Positions 49,015-58,141 are shown, numbered from the stretch's first letter. The stretch: DNA of 64,000 nucleotides from an uncultured delta proteobacterium (GCA_963706575.1 CAVPNL010000006.1:384001-448000), one strand, 5' to 3'. Notes: generated from the sequence alone by a model not told the origin. A program made the numbers and translations.

Positions 49015-49423
49015 TTGAGTCTCCTATTCAGAGAAAATGCATAACAGTAATATTAGGTGGAAAATGTTCCATCTATTTCCATATTAACTGAATTAAAGTG
49101 GAAACCAATGATAAATAGTTCCTTATTTATTAGATCACCGTCAAGTACCGATATATGGAGAATATCAGTACCAAGCACTATTGCCAACAACCCTCATTTG
49201 GGTCAGATTGAAAACCGCACAAGAATGGATACGGTATTATTCGGTCTGACCTGAGATTGCCAACAAAGGATTACCCAGTATATACTGCTAGGTCAAATTG
49301 AGGTGTGCCCTAAGATATCATACCGGGAAATATACCTATCACATGTCCCCACAGTCTGAATGTAGCTTGCCATTTCATTTATATATCGTCTAAATTCGAG
49401 CTATTACGATTTATAGTAGAAAT

Positions 49424-49495
49424 CTATAACGTGCAGATGAGGCTTCCCAATGGAGCGTAGCGGAATTGGGATAGCTTCTATCTGGCCTGTTGGCA
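49424..49495 (-). other. Integron attC site (72 bp)
   Basis: Minus strand TGCCAAC-aggcc-AGATAGAAGCTATCCCAAT-tccgctacgctcc-ATTGGGAAGCCTCATCT-gcac-GTTATAG. Confidence 0.75.
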
Positions 49496-49553
49496 AATCC
49501 TGTTGTTACTTCTCTGGCGCTGCCTGAAGGGCAGCCACATCCCTGAACGACAG

Positions 49554-50822
49554 CTACTCGAATTCGATCGTTGCCGGTGGCTTGATGCTGATATCGTACG
49601 CCACCCTCGACGCGCCGGTGTGCGCGGCAATTTTCTTGCCTATCTCAAGGAGCGCCGCCTCGTCTATCCGGACCGGACGCGCCAGCTTCGCGGCCGCGCT
49701 CTCGACCGCCCGCATGCCGACGACGTACCTGGTTTTCGGCGCATCGTTCGCGCAAAGCTCGAGAAGAATGCGCGGAAGCTCAAGCTTACTCCACGCCTCG
49801 ACACAGAGCGCGTTCAGTTTGTCATAGTCGATATCGCCGTCGACCTTTATCCACGAGACAGGTTTGTAGATAGGGATCTCGGGGCGCGTTCCCTCTTCGG
49901 GGACGACCGTCGTCCGGCTATCCATTTTGAAGCACTCCGCGTTCGCGCCGAGAGTGCTGCGGGCCAGGTCTGCCAGGGCCGGGTCGGGTTCCATGTTCGG
50001 GTCGAGCGCCATTCCGAAGTACTGAAAGGGCGTCCGGATGCCGGTAGTTTCGTCGTAAAGGTAGGGTCTACCGTGTTTCTCAGTGTAGTACTTCTCAGTC
50101 TCCTGCTCGATGATGTCGGACGCGAGCTGGCTCGTATGGAGCTTCTCTTCAGTGAATTCGCCGACAGTTCTGATGATTTGCGCGGGACCGGGACAGGGGA
50201 TCCGGTGCGTGAATGACGGAGGGAGGTCGAGGTACTCGCCGACCTTCCTGACCTGAGGCTTCGCGAGCGACGCCAGCGGCTCGATCTTCCCGACAGAGTA
50301 ATTCCAGCCGACGTTATGCTGGCTCTTGAAGCCGCCTTCGGTTTCGATAATGTCCGGCGCGATCGTGCCGTCCGCGATCCAGGAGGCGCCCACCTGGCCA
50401 ATATGCCTGTCTGATACTTTCCTGTAGTTGCCGATAAACGTCTTGCGTTTCTCTTCACCGTCGGAAAGCCCCACCAGTGGCGGGAGAATCTCGTCCCTCA
50501 CCTCCAGGACCGTGAAATTCAGTTTGCTGAAGATCTCACGCGTGACTTCCCCCTCGGGCTTGTCGTTTATGAGGCGACGGCAACCGTCTTCGATGAAGAA
50601 CGCATGGAGGTCTTTGCCGACGATACGGTCGAGGAGAAACGCGGCGATCGTACTGTCGACACCCCCGGACGCGGAGAGAGCGATCTTCTCGCCCGGTTTC
50701 ACCAGGCTTTTCACCCAGGAAATCGCTTTCTCAACAAAGTCCGCGGGATTGAAATCTGCGGGATTCTCGGGAGTGGCGTATTCAAATCTGTGCGTCTGGA
50801 TCTTGTTGGCCTGAGTCGACAT
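49554..50822 (-). CDS. GMP synthase ATP-pyrophosphatase subunit-like protein (no glutaminase domain)
   Basis: SGGVDS PP-loop, EEKRK, GTIAPD..E, KSQHNV, IEPL, K.QVR, PGP, C-terminal KPPATIEFE. Confidence 0.85.
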   Translation of the reverse strand: MSTQANKIQTHRFEYATPENPADFNPADFVEKAISWVKSLVKPGEKIALSASGGVDSTIAAFLLDRIVGKDLHAFFIEDGCRRLINDKPEGEVTREIFSKLNFTVLEVRDEILPPLVGLSDGEEKRKTFIGNYRKVSDRHIGQVGASWIADGTIAPDIIETEGGFKSQHNVGWNYSVGKIEPLASLAKPQVRKVGEYLDLPPSFTHRIPCPGPAQIIRTVGEFTEEKLHTSQLASDIIEQETEKYYTEKHGRPYLYDETTGIRTPFQYFGMALDPNMEPDPALADLARSTLGANAECFKMDSRTTVVPEEGTRPEIPIYKPVSWIKVDGDIDYDKLNALCVEAWSKLELPRILLELCANDAPKTRYVVGMRAVESAAAKLARPVRIDEAALLEIGKKIAAHTGASRVAYDISIKPPATIEFE

Positions 50823-51185
50823 GTTGCCTCCTGTTTGGATGGGTGGATTTGGTTGTTGTATTGTAATTCACTAAAATTTAAGAACACTGATCTCGAAGTC
50901 ATCTGGACCCAGGACTATACCAATCAGTCCTCGGTCAATATTGGTATTATGCAACAGAACGCTTCTTGCCATAGTCCGCAGAGCGTCTAATTTTATAATG
51001 CATACGCAAATCCCCATTATTTTGCAAGGGTCCAAATTGTGTAAATCGTGCCTTCATCGAATCTCAGCAATTCCGTTAAAATTATTGCAGATTTCATTTG
51101 GTAATCCTAAAATCAAACTAATTAGAAATTAGATCCCTCAAAACCATCCAATTCTTGTAATTCTGATTTGCGTACTAATTTTTTC

Positions 51186-51214
51186 TTGACCTCCCGTTAA
51201 AAGACGATTATATT
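51186..51214 (+). promoter_or_regulatory. Sigma-70 promoter of the toxin-antitoxin operon
   Basis: TTGACC-17 bp-TATATT; TTCTGAAA repeated just downstream (possible operator). Confidence 0.65.
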
Positions 51215-51257
51215 AATTCTGAAATACGGAAATGCAGAAATTCTGAAAGGAAGAATA

Positions 51258-51500
51258 ATGACCAGAACAATTCAAATTCGGAAAAAGGGATCTATAACGA
51301 TTCCTATGGAATTGCGAAAACGGTATCGCATCGACGAAGGTGATCCTTTGACCTTAATTGATCTGGGCGAAGGTTTTTTTCTTAGTCCCAGGCAATCTGT
51401 TTTGCCCAAACTTGTTGCTGAAATCGAAACTCTTAGACAAAAAAACAATATTACGCTGGAAGAGCTAATTCAGGGTGTTGCAAAAGAACGGGGTAAATAG
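51258..51500 (+). CDS. AbrB/MazE-fold antitoxin
   Basis: IRKKGSITIPMELRKRYRI.EGD AbrB pattern. Confidence 0.88.
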   Translation: MTRTIQIRKKGSITIPMELRKRYRIDEGDPLTLIDLGEGFFLSPRQSVLPKLVAEIETLRQKNNITLEELIQGVAKERGK

Positions 51501-51518
51501 GAAGCATTTTTGTATTCG

Positions 51519-51968
51519 ATGATCCCTTTAAAAATATTTTTTGATGCCGATGCGCTAATCGCCGGTTCGGCTTCACAGACAGGCGCTTCATTTTTATTAC
51601 TTCAATTATGTGAGATCAGAATACTACGCGGATTGACATGCCGGCAGGTGGTTTCAGAATGCCGCAGAAATCTCACTAAAAAATTGCCGCAGGCGGAACC
51701 CATATTTGACGAAATTATTAAACGCGCTCTGGAGATAAAGAAAAATCCAAACCTAGACGAGCAAAACAAATATCGTCATATGGCCCATCCCAAAGATTTG
51801 CCCATCTTAACTTCTGCAATAAAAAGCCAGGCTGATTATCTTGTCACTTTTAATACCAAACATTATTTTCCGAACAGAGATTATCATTTGGTTGTTTTGC
51901 AACCTGGCGAAATACTGCAGAACATTCGATTGATGCTGAGTCATTTAGAATCAATAAACGACTCATAA
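51519..51968 (+). CDS. PIN-domain toxin
   Basis: FFDADALIAG, V.SEC, KDLPIL..A, LVTFNTKHY. Confidence 0.88.
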   Translation: MIPLKIFFDADALIAGSASQTGASFLLLQLCEIRILRGLTCRQVVSECRRNLTKKLPQAEPIFDEIIKRALEIKKNPNLDEQNKYRHMAHPKDLPILTSAIKSQADYLVTFNTKHYFPNRDYHLVVLQPGEILQNIRLMLSHLESINDS

Positions 51969-52098
51969 ATTGAGGCGATCATAGTACGGGACTCCATTTC
52001 GAAATACTTCAACGCTCTAATCCGGCCTTCGCAACTGATGAAACTTCGAAGGAGTAGATTGCTCCGGAAGCTCCACTGCTATTTTCTTATTTCATTTT

Positions 52099-53643
52099 TT
52101 ATAGGACTTTTACGGATGGGAACAGCTTTGTATTCGTGTGCGGTAAGAATTTGGCGGCACTGAAGCGGTTCATGAAATCCTGATTGACGTTAAGTTCTAG
52201 ATAGGTGATGCGGTTGCGGATTTGATCGATTTCATCATGATATTTTTCGGATTGAAGGGCCAGGGTAGCGCCGCCCAGCGAGCTGTTTCCCAACGGTTTG
52301 TAACGATCCAGGGGCAGGTCCGGCAGCATTCCGATGGTAATGGCTGATTCCGGGTTGATGAAAGAGCCGAAAGTGCCGGCCACGTAAAACGATTCCAGAT
52401 CCTGCGGTGCGATTCCAACTGATGCGCTGATGGTTTCCAGGATCGTATACATGGCGGCTTTGGAGCGGATAAGGCTGTCCAGATCCGCCTGGCTGATGGT
52501 CAGATCGGAGCCGGTATCCGAGTCCTCAGCCGGAACAACGACCAGATGCAACTGATCGTCTATCGTTTTAGCTCTGGGGCCGCAAACCGAAGGCACCAGT
52601 TTGCCGCGGACATCGATCATGCCGGCCTGAAACAGCCGGGCCGCCAGGTCGATGACGCCGGAACCACAGATTCCTCTTGGCGGCAAATCATCAATGGTGT
52701 GGATATTAAATTCGAGCGTATCCGTCTCAAGCGAGATCTGATCGATCACGCCCGGTCCGGCCGTCATGCCCATGCGGGTGACGCCGCCTTCCAGTGCCGG
52801 TCCGGCGGCCCCGGCGCAGGCAATCAACCAATTTTTATTGCCCAGCACCACTTCGGCATTGGTCCCCACATCGACCAGGATGCCGGTCCGGGTGTTTTGG
52901 TAAATTCCGGAATATAAGATCCCCGCAATCAAGTCTCCCCCGAAGTAGCTTCCGATATTGGGAAAGATAAACACCCGCGCCCGGGGGTGTACCTGTAGGC
53001 CCAGCGCATCGGCTTTCACGGCAGCGGGCACGTTGACTGCCGGGATATAAGGTTCCCGAATGATCCAGCGGGGGTTGAGGCCCATAAAAAGATGGGTCAT
53101 GGTGGTATTGCCGGCAAGCGCCAGGGCATAGATCCGCTCCGGCTCAAGCTGCTGCGACTCACATAACTGCGCAATGGCGCTGTTCAGGCTGGAGACAATT
53201 CGCTCATTCAGTTCCCTGAGACCGTTTTCTTTTTCGGCAAAATGAATCCGGGCCAGGATGTCGGGCCCGATTTTTTCCTGGGGGTTGTCAAAAGCCGATT
53301 CAGCCAGCGTGGCGCCTGTGGCAAGATCTAAAAGACGCAACACCACCCGGGTGGTGCCCAGGTCAACTGCCAGTCCGGCCGCTATGCGCTTATCTTCTGC
53401 GGCGGTCACCTCCAGCAAATGCCATTGCCGGAAGCTCTTCCAGAGGATACAGCGGATTCGATATCCCCATTGCCGCAAAAGTTCCGGCAGTTGGCGGATA
53501 AGGTCCAGATCGACATGAACCACATCGGCATTTAAGCGAAGTTTTAAGGCTTGCAGCAGCCGGTCGGTATCAGCCGTATTGTCTTTTAAACTGGGGGGTT
53601 CCAATGAAACGGTTTGAATCCAAGGAGTGGAATTTTCGCCCAT
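52099..53643 (-). CDS. ASKHA-family corrinoid reductive activator (RACo/AcsV-like), lacking the N-terminal 2Fe-2S domain
   Basis: AVDLGTT, GNTTMTHL, GSYFGGD, DVGTNAE, AAGPALEG, GICGSG, AGTFG, GNSSL.GA, FLPHT. Confidence 0.9.
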   Translation of the reverse strand: MGENSTPWIQTVSLEPPSLKDNTADTDRLLQALKLRLNADVVHVDLDLIRQLPELLRQWGYRIRCILWKSFRQWHLLEVTAAEDKRIAAGLAVDLGTTRVVLRLLDLATGATLAESAFDNPQEKIGPDILARIHFAEKENGLRELNERIVSSLNSAIAQLCESQQLEPERIYALALAGNTTMTHLFMGLNPRWIIREPYIPAVNVPAAVKADALGLQVHPRARVFIFPNIGSYFGGDLIAGILYSGIYQNTRTGILVDVGTNAEVVLGNKNWLIACAGAAGPALEGGVTRMGMTAGPGVIDQISLETDTLEFNIHTIDDLPPRGICGSGVIDLAARLFQAGMIDVRGKLVPSVCGPRAKTIDDQLHLVVVPAEDSDTGSDLTISQADLDSLIRSKAAMYTILETISASVGIAPQDLESFYVAGTFGSFINPESAITIGMLPDLPLDRYKPLGNSSLGGATLALQSEKYHDEIDQIRNRITYLELNVNQDFMNRFSAAKFLPHTNTKLFPSVKVL

Positions 53644-53644
53644 A

Positions 53645-54392
53645 TTAAATAATTTTTTGTAATTCTTCAATAATGCCGTTCATGACATCTCCGGCGGGCC
53701 CTTTGATCAGATAATCGCTGATATCGCCGGTTAGCAGTGTACTTTCCGGATTGATTTCGATGATTTTTGCGCCGGATTCTTTGGCGACCACCGGCATCAG
53801 GGCGGCCGGTTGCACCACCGCCGAAGTACCGATTACCAGCATGACATCGCAATCTGTTGCGACTTGCCGGGAGCGCCAGAGGGCTTCCTGCGGTATCATT
53901 TCTCCGAATAAAACGGCATTGGGTCGTAAGATTCCACCGCAATCGCAGCGGGGCGGGATTTCGGTAATTTTGACCTTACTGGTTTTGAAATGCGCGTCGC
54001 ACTCCATACAGCGTTGCCAGGCCATGTTGCCGTGAAATTCGATGACATCTCTATTTCCAGCCATTTGGTGGAGGCCGTCGACGTTCTGGGTAATGATGGT
54101 CTTTAAAATGCCTAATTCTTCGAGTTTTGCCAATCCTTTGTGGCTGTCGCTTGGTGTGGCTTTGTCCAATACGTCCTTCATGTCCTTGAAGAGAAGGTTC
54201 CAGACTTTTTCCGGATCCTGCAAAAAAGAGTCGATGTGAGCGACCTCCATGGGGTCATACTTTTCCCATAGCCCGCCCTTGCCCCTAAAAGGCGGAATCC
54301 CGCTTTCAGTGGAGATGCCTGCACCAGTTAAGGCTGTTGCCATTTTTGCTTCAGACTAGATCCGCCGCCGCTTTTTTAATCAAATCGTCCAT
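53645..54392 (-). CDS. cobB: NAD-dependent deacylase (sirtuin); apparent +1 frameshift after codon ~12
   Basis: TGAGISTESGIPPFRG, TQNVDGLH, HG, CxxC, RPNAVLFGE, GTS..V.PA; upstream MDDLIKKAAADL from 54392 is one base out of frame. Confidence 0.88.
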
Positions 54393-54404
54393 AAAACTGC
54401 CTTT

Positions 54405-54504
54405 GTTTAATTTGTTTTATTGGTTGAATTGGTTTAATTGGTTGAGAGAGTCCAACATCTAGCCAAACCAATGAAACCAATCGAACAAATACAACCAATT
54501 AAAC
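54405..54504. repeat. Short-period inverted repeat (ATTGGTT / AACCAAT units, 9-bp period)
   Basis: gtttaatttgttttattggttgaattggtttaattggtt ... aaaccaatgaaaccaatcgaacaaatacaaccaattaaac. Confidence 0.8.
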
Positions 54505-54510
54505 GTTTCC

Positions 54511-55350
54511 TTACAATTCAAACCTCATATCGCTTGCCACGCCGACACATTCGATGTTGAGGCCCTGTTCGGCGATATATTGCCGACAGGTATCAACCAT
54601 ATCATCCATCTGTTCATCGGCTCGTTCCTGGTTGATATGAAATAGGCCTAATTTTTTAACACCCGCTTCCCGGGCCAATTGGAGCACATCGGTATAATCT
54701 GAATGGCCCCATTCGATAAAGGTCTTATATTCTGCCGGCGTATACTCACTGTCATGGATTAAAAGATCGGCACCCGCGGCAAATTCCACATAATCTTTAA
54801 ACTTCCGGCCGCCGGGGTGGAGATAACCGAGTTCATTGTCGGTCAGGAAAACACAGGTTTTGCCGTCTTCATCAAATTTATACCCGCTGCCTCCGTTGGG
54901 ATGACTGATGGGTATCGGCGTGACAACCACCGAGCCGATATCAAACCTCTGCGGACAGGCTTTTTCATATATCATTTGAGCCTTAACATCATCGTACCTT
55001 ACCGGGAAATTAGGCGGTGCCATGACGGTTGATAAGATTGACTCTACAAATTGGCTGTGAAACGGGCAGCCGTGCATACGAAACCTGGAGTGTTTGGAAT
55101 AGAGAGGTTTAAAGAAGGGAAATCCCATCAAATGATCCCAGTGGGCGTGGGTGAAAATAAAATTTATATTGTTTACATTTTCTTCAGCGAGCTTGTTGCC
55201 AAACCTACGGATTCCGGTACCGGCATCCACCGCAATGATATCATCGTTTTTGGTACGGATTTCCAAACTAGTGGTATCGCCGCCGTATTTCAGATACGTT
55301 TTGCCCGAAACCGGAATCGAGCCTCTGGACCCCCAGCAGGTGATTTCCAT
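54511..55350 (-). CDS. MBL-fold metallo-hydrolase
   Basis: WGSRGS, YGGDT, DAGTG, THAHWDHLMG, TDNE, WGHS. Confidence 0.9.
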   Translation of the reverse strand: MEITCWGSRGSIPVSGKTYLKYGGDTTSLEIRTKNDDIIAVDAGTGIRRFGNKLAEENVNNINFIFTHAHWDHLMGFPFFKPLYSKHSRFRMHGCPFHSQFVESILSTVMAPPNFPVRYDDVKAQMIYEKACPQRFDIGSVVVTPIPISHPNGGSGYKFDEDGKTCVFLTDNELGYLHPGGRKFKDYVEFAAGADLLIHDSEYTPAEYKTFIEWGHSDYTDVLQLAREAGVKKLGLFHINQERADEQMDDMVDTCRQYIAEQGLNIECVGVASDMRFEL

Positions 55351-55416
55351 TGTGAACCTTTCAATGGGAATTTCTTATTAAAATGAAAAATTCAGCTCCC
55401 ATTTTTAAAAAGCAAC

Positions 55417-55477
55417 CACGAAAACACGAAATCAGAAAAGCACGAAATTTAAATAATTCTTTTTTCGTGTTTTCGTG
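55417..55477. repeat. Short-period inverted repeat (CACGAAA units)
   Basis: cacgaaaacacgaaa..cacgaaa ... tttcgtgttttcgtg. Confidence 0.8.
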
Positions 55478-55498
55478 ATAAATGATTTTCTTAATTCC

Positions 55499-56362
55499 TT
55501 AATTGTCGAATTCACCATAAAAAGTATGCCAAATTCCCTCATGTGTCCAGCTTTTTAAGATTTTGGCCGACAGGCGTTCCAATTCGATTTTGACCTGTTT
55601 GGCTTCACTGCGTAAAAGTCCGGATAGGATAAAGCGTTTGGGGCTTGAAAAACCCTTTGCACAAATCAGTTTTTGCATGACGTTATAATGGATGTTGGCA
55701 ATCAGCAGATCGGCCGGGCAATCAATAAACGCTTCAGCATGTCCCTGCACCACCGCAATCTGTTTTTCAAGGCGGTTTAAGCCAACGTTCTTTTTGGCCG
55801 TTTTAGCCGCCAGCAAATTTAGGTCAACCGCCAGATTCAAACGGCAACCCAGACGGGCCGTGGCCAAGGCCAGTAGGCCAGTGCCGGTGCCTAAATCCAA
55901 AACCCGGTCTGGTGCGCGGTCCCGGCATGCCAGCTGGACTGCAGTCAGACAATCCCGGGTGGTCGGATGGGTGCCCGTGCCAAAGACAAGGCCCGGGTCC
56001 AGAATGATCGGCAGTTTGTCCGGCCGGCCATTGCTGCCATTTTCCCATGGGGGGATGATTTGAAAACACCCCTGATCGAAAGCCGCAAATTCGGTCCCCT
56101 GCCACTGCTCATATGGCATATGGTAACTGTCTATAAAGGTGAGTTGCGGCTGGGCGCTCAAAAGAACTTTAATTTCGTCATGAACAGGATCAGAAAAAAA
56201 AAGAAATGAAAAATCATCTTCTTCCCAGTTACCAATAAAACTGTTGTGGGGGATTTCTTTATGGGATGTCAATTTGCCGCCCAGCTGATAAATATATAGA
56301 TCATCGTACGGGCAGGATCCAGATTTGGCGGAGACCGGGTGTGAACAGTTTGAATTATTCAT
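55499..56362 (-). CDS. PrmA-like SAM-dependent protein methyltransferase
   Basis: PPWE, LDPGLVFGTGTHPTT, LDLGTGTGLLA, ANI, LSGLL; atypical N-terminus. Confidence 0.8.
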   Translation of the reverse strand: MNNSNCSHPVSAKSGSCPYDDLYIYQLGGKLTSHKEIPHNSFIGNWEEDDFSFLFFSDPVHDEIKVLLSAQPQLTFIDSYHMPYEQWQGTEFAAFDQGCFQIIPPWENGSNGRPDKLPIILDPGLVFGTGTHPTTRDCLTAVQLACRDRAPDRVLDLGTGTGLLALATARLGCRLNLAVDLNLLAAKTAKKNVGLNRLEKQIAVVQGHAEAFIDCPADLLIANIHYNVMQKLICAKGFSSPKRFILSGLLRSEAKQVKIELERLSAKILKSWTHEGIWHTFYGEFDN

Positions 56363-57032
56363 TTTTGGGCAACTGGTCCAAATACCATTCCATCGGGTCC
56401 AGCACGGAAAATCCCATGTTTTTTAATTTTTCCTTCACATGGGCGACATTTTGCGTCAGCAGATAAGGGAAAACGGCGCGCTTGTCTTTTTGCCAGTAGC
56501 GGGCGACCAGCACACTGCCAAAGGAAATGTTTTCTGCGGTGATGGCATCGACGATTTTTTTCAACTGTCCAACCTTTTCTTCGGCCAGAATACACAGCAA
56601 AGTGCCCGGTTCGCCAATTCCTAAAACGTTGATAAAGGCGCGCAGCAGGTCTCGCACCGAAATGATCCCACTGAGGACGCCGTTTTCATCCACAACCGGC
56701 AGGGCGCCCACCCGGGAATCCTGTATCACAAGCAAGGCATCCTGCAGGGTATAGGTCGCAGAAATGGTGATCGGGTTTTTGGTCATGATATTTTTAATTT
56801 TCAATTCCGAAAATTTTTTCTTTTCTTCTTTGCTGGGAGACTCCTTAAAGAATTTGTAAGGCAATGCACTTCTAATATCCCGATCCGTCACGATACCGAT
56901 GAGTCGGCTGTCCGGTTCGATAACCGGAAGATGGCGGATCTTGTTGGCGGCCATTAATTCCTGTGCCTCAAAAATTCCGGCTTCCGGCTCAACGGTAATC
57001 ACCTTGCGGGTCATGGATCTTGAGACAAACAT
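56355..57032 (-). CDS. AcuB-like tandem-CBS plus ACT-like domain protein
   Basis: MFV...MT, IRHLPV, GIVTDRDIR, MTKNPIT, VGALPVV. Confidence 0.85.
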   Translation of the reverse strand: MFVSRSMTRKVITVEPEAGIFEAQELMAANKIRHLPVIEPDSRLIGIVTDRDIRSALPYKFFKESPSKEEKKKFSELKIKNIMTKNPITISATYTLQDALLVIQDSRVGALPVVDENGVLSGIISVRDLLRAFINVLGIGEPGTLLCILAEEKVGQLKKIVDAITAENISFGSVLVARYWQKDKRAVFPYLLTQNVAHVKEKLKNMGFSVLDPMEWYLDQLPKNE

Positions 57033-57116
57033 AGTACCCCCTAAATTCGTTAATTCGTTAAATGGTTAAATCGTTGTCGGTTATTGTCTATCATCAATAC
57101 GGTTTAACGATTTGAC

Positions 57117-58070
57117 TTATCCTTTCAGTAAAACCTCCACATGGTTGCGCGTCAGCTCCGGCAGGCGTTTGATCGAATATCCGCCCTCAAGTACCGATAT
57201 GAGCCTTCCCTGGGCATACTGGTTGGCCATTTCAACAATTTTTTCAATTATCCAGGAAAAACCCTCTGTTGTCAGTTTTATGTCCGACATATTATCGTCA
57301 ATATGAGCGTCAAATCCGGACGAAACCAGAATCACCTCCGGCTTAAAGTCGGCAAATGCTGGAAATAAATCTTTTTGCAGCAGCAGCATATACTCTTTGT
57401 CACCCTGCCCGGGGAGCACCGGCGAATTTTTCGTAAAACCATATCCGGCATCTTTGCCCAGTTCGAATTCGCGACCGGTTCCCGGGTAAGCGAAGGTGGG
57501 GTGCTGATGAATAGAGTAGTAAAATACAGTGGGGTCATATTCAAAAATGTGCTGGGTTCCATTACCGTGATGGACATCAAAGTCCACAATGCCAATCCGC
57601 TTTATACCCCATTCCTTTTGGATATAACGGGCCGCAATGGCGACATTGTTAAAGTAACAAAATCCCATGGCCTTGTCGATTTCGGCATGGTGCCCGGGTG
57701 GTCGAACGGCGCAAAAGGCATTGTCGAGTTTGCCCTCCATTACAAGGCGGACAGCCTCTAATACACCGCCGACTGCCAGCAATGCAATTTCATAGGATGC
57801 CGTGCACATCTGGTTGTCGGGGCTGTCAAAAATATTATGGCCGATGCTGCATGCACTTTGAAAGCGTTTGATATAATCGGGGTCGTGCACGGTTTCCACC
57901 CATTTCAACTCCGCCGGGGTGGCTTCGATCAGCGTCAGTTTCTCAAGCAGACCTGCATCAGCAATTCCTTTGTAAACTGCTGGAAGCCGGTCCGGTACCT
58001 CCGGGTGGTAATTCCCGGTCAGGTGCTCCTGGTATCTTTCATCATATAGGAAGCCGGTTCTATTGCTCAT
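57117..58070 (-). CDS. Zn-dependent histone-deacetylase-family deacylase
   Basis: HPE.P.RL, RPPGHHA, GFCYFNN, DFDVHHGNGT, GFDAH, LEGGY. Confidence 0.93.
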   Translation of the reverse strand: MSNRTGFLYDERYQEHLTGNYHPEVPDRLPAVYKGIADAGLLEKLTLIEATPAELKWVETVHDPDYIKRFQSACSIGHNIFDSPDNQMCTASYEIALLAVGGVLEAVRLVMEGKLDNAFCAVRPPGHHAEIDKAMGFCYFNNVAIAARYIQKEWGIKRIGIVDFDVHHGNGTQHIFEYDPTVFYYSIHQHPTFAYPGTGREFELGKDAGYGFTKNSPVLPGQGDKEYMLLLQKDLFPAFADFKPEVILVSSGFDAHIDDNMSDIKLTTEGFSWIIEKIVEMANQYAQGRLISVLEGGYSIKRLPELTRNHVEVLLKG

Positions 58071-58141
58071 AGATTTGCAACTTTCCTGAATTAAAACACG
58101 CTTTGCGCCCTTGGCTCTGATCCGCTGCCCAATGCTAGATT

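Noticed and set aside
54351..54353. In-frame TGA near the sirtuin start as possible selenocysteine
   Set aside because: Read-through stays out of frame with the catalytic domain (offset 49 nt); a 1-bp indel explains it.
4954..57112. Short periodic repeats as CRISPR arrays
   Set aside because: Units are 7-10 bp, inverted, without unique spacers; no cas genes in the window.
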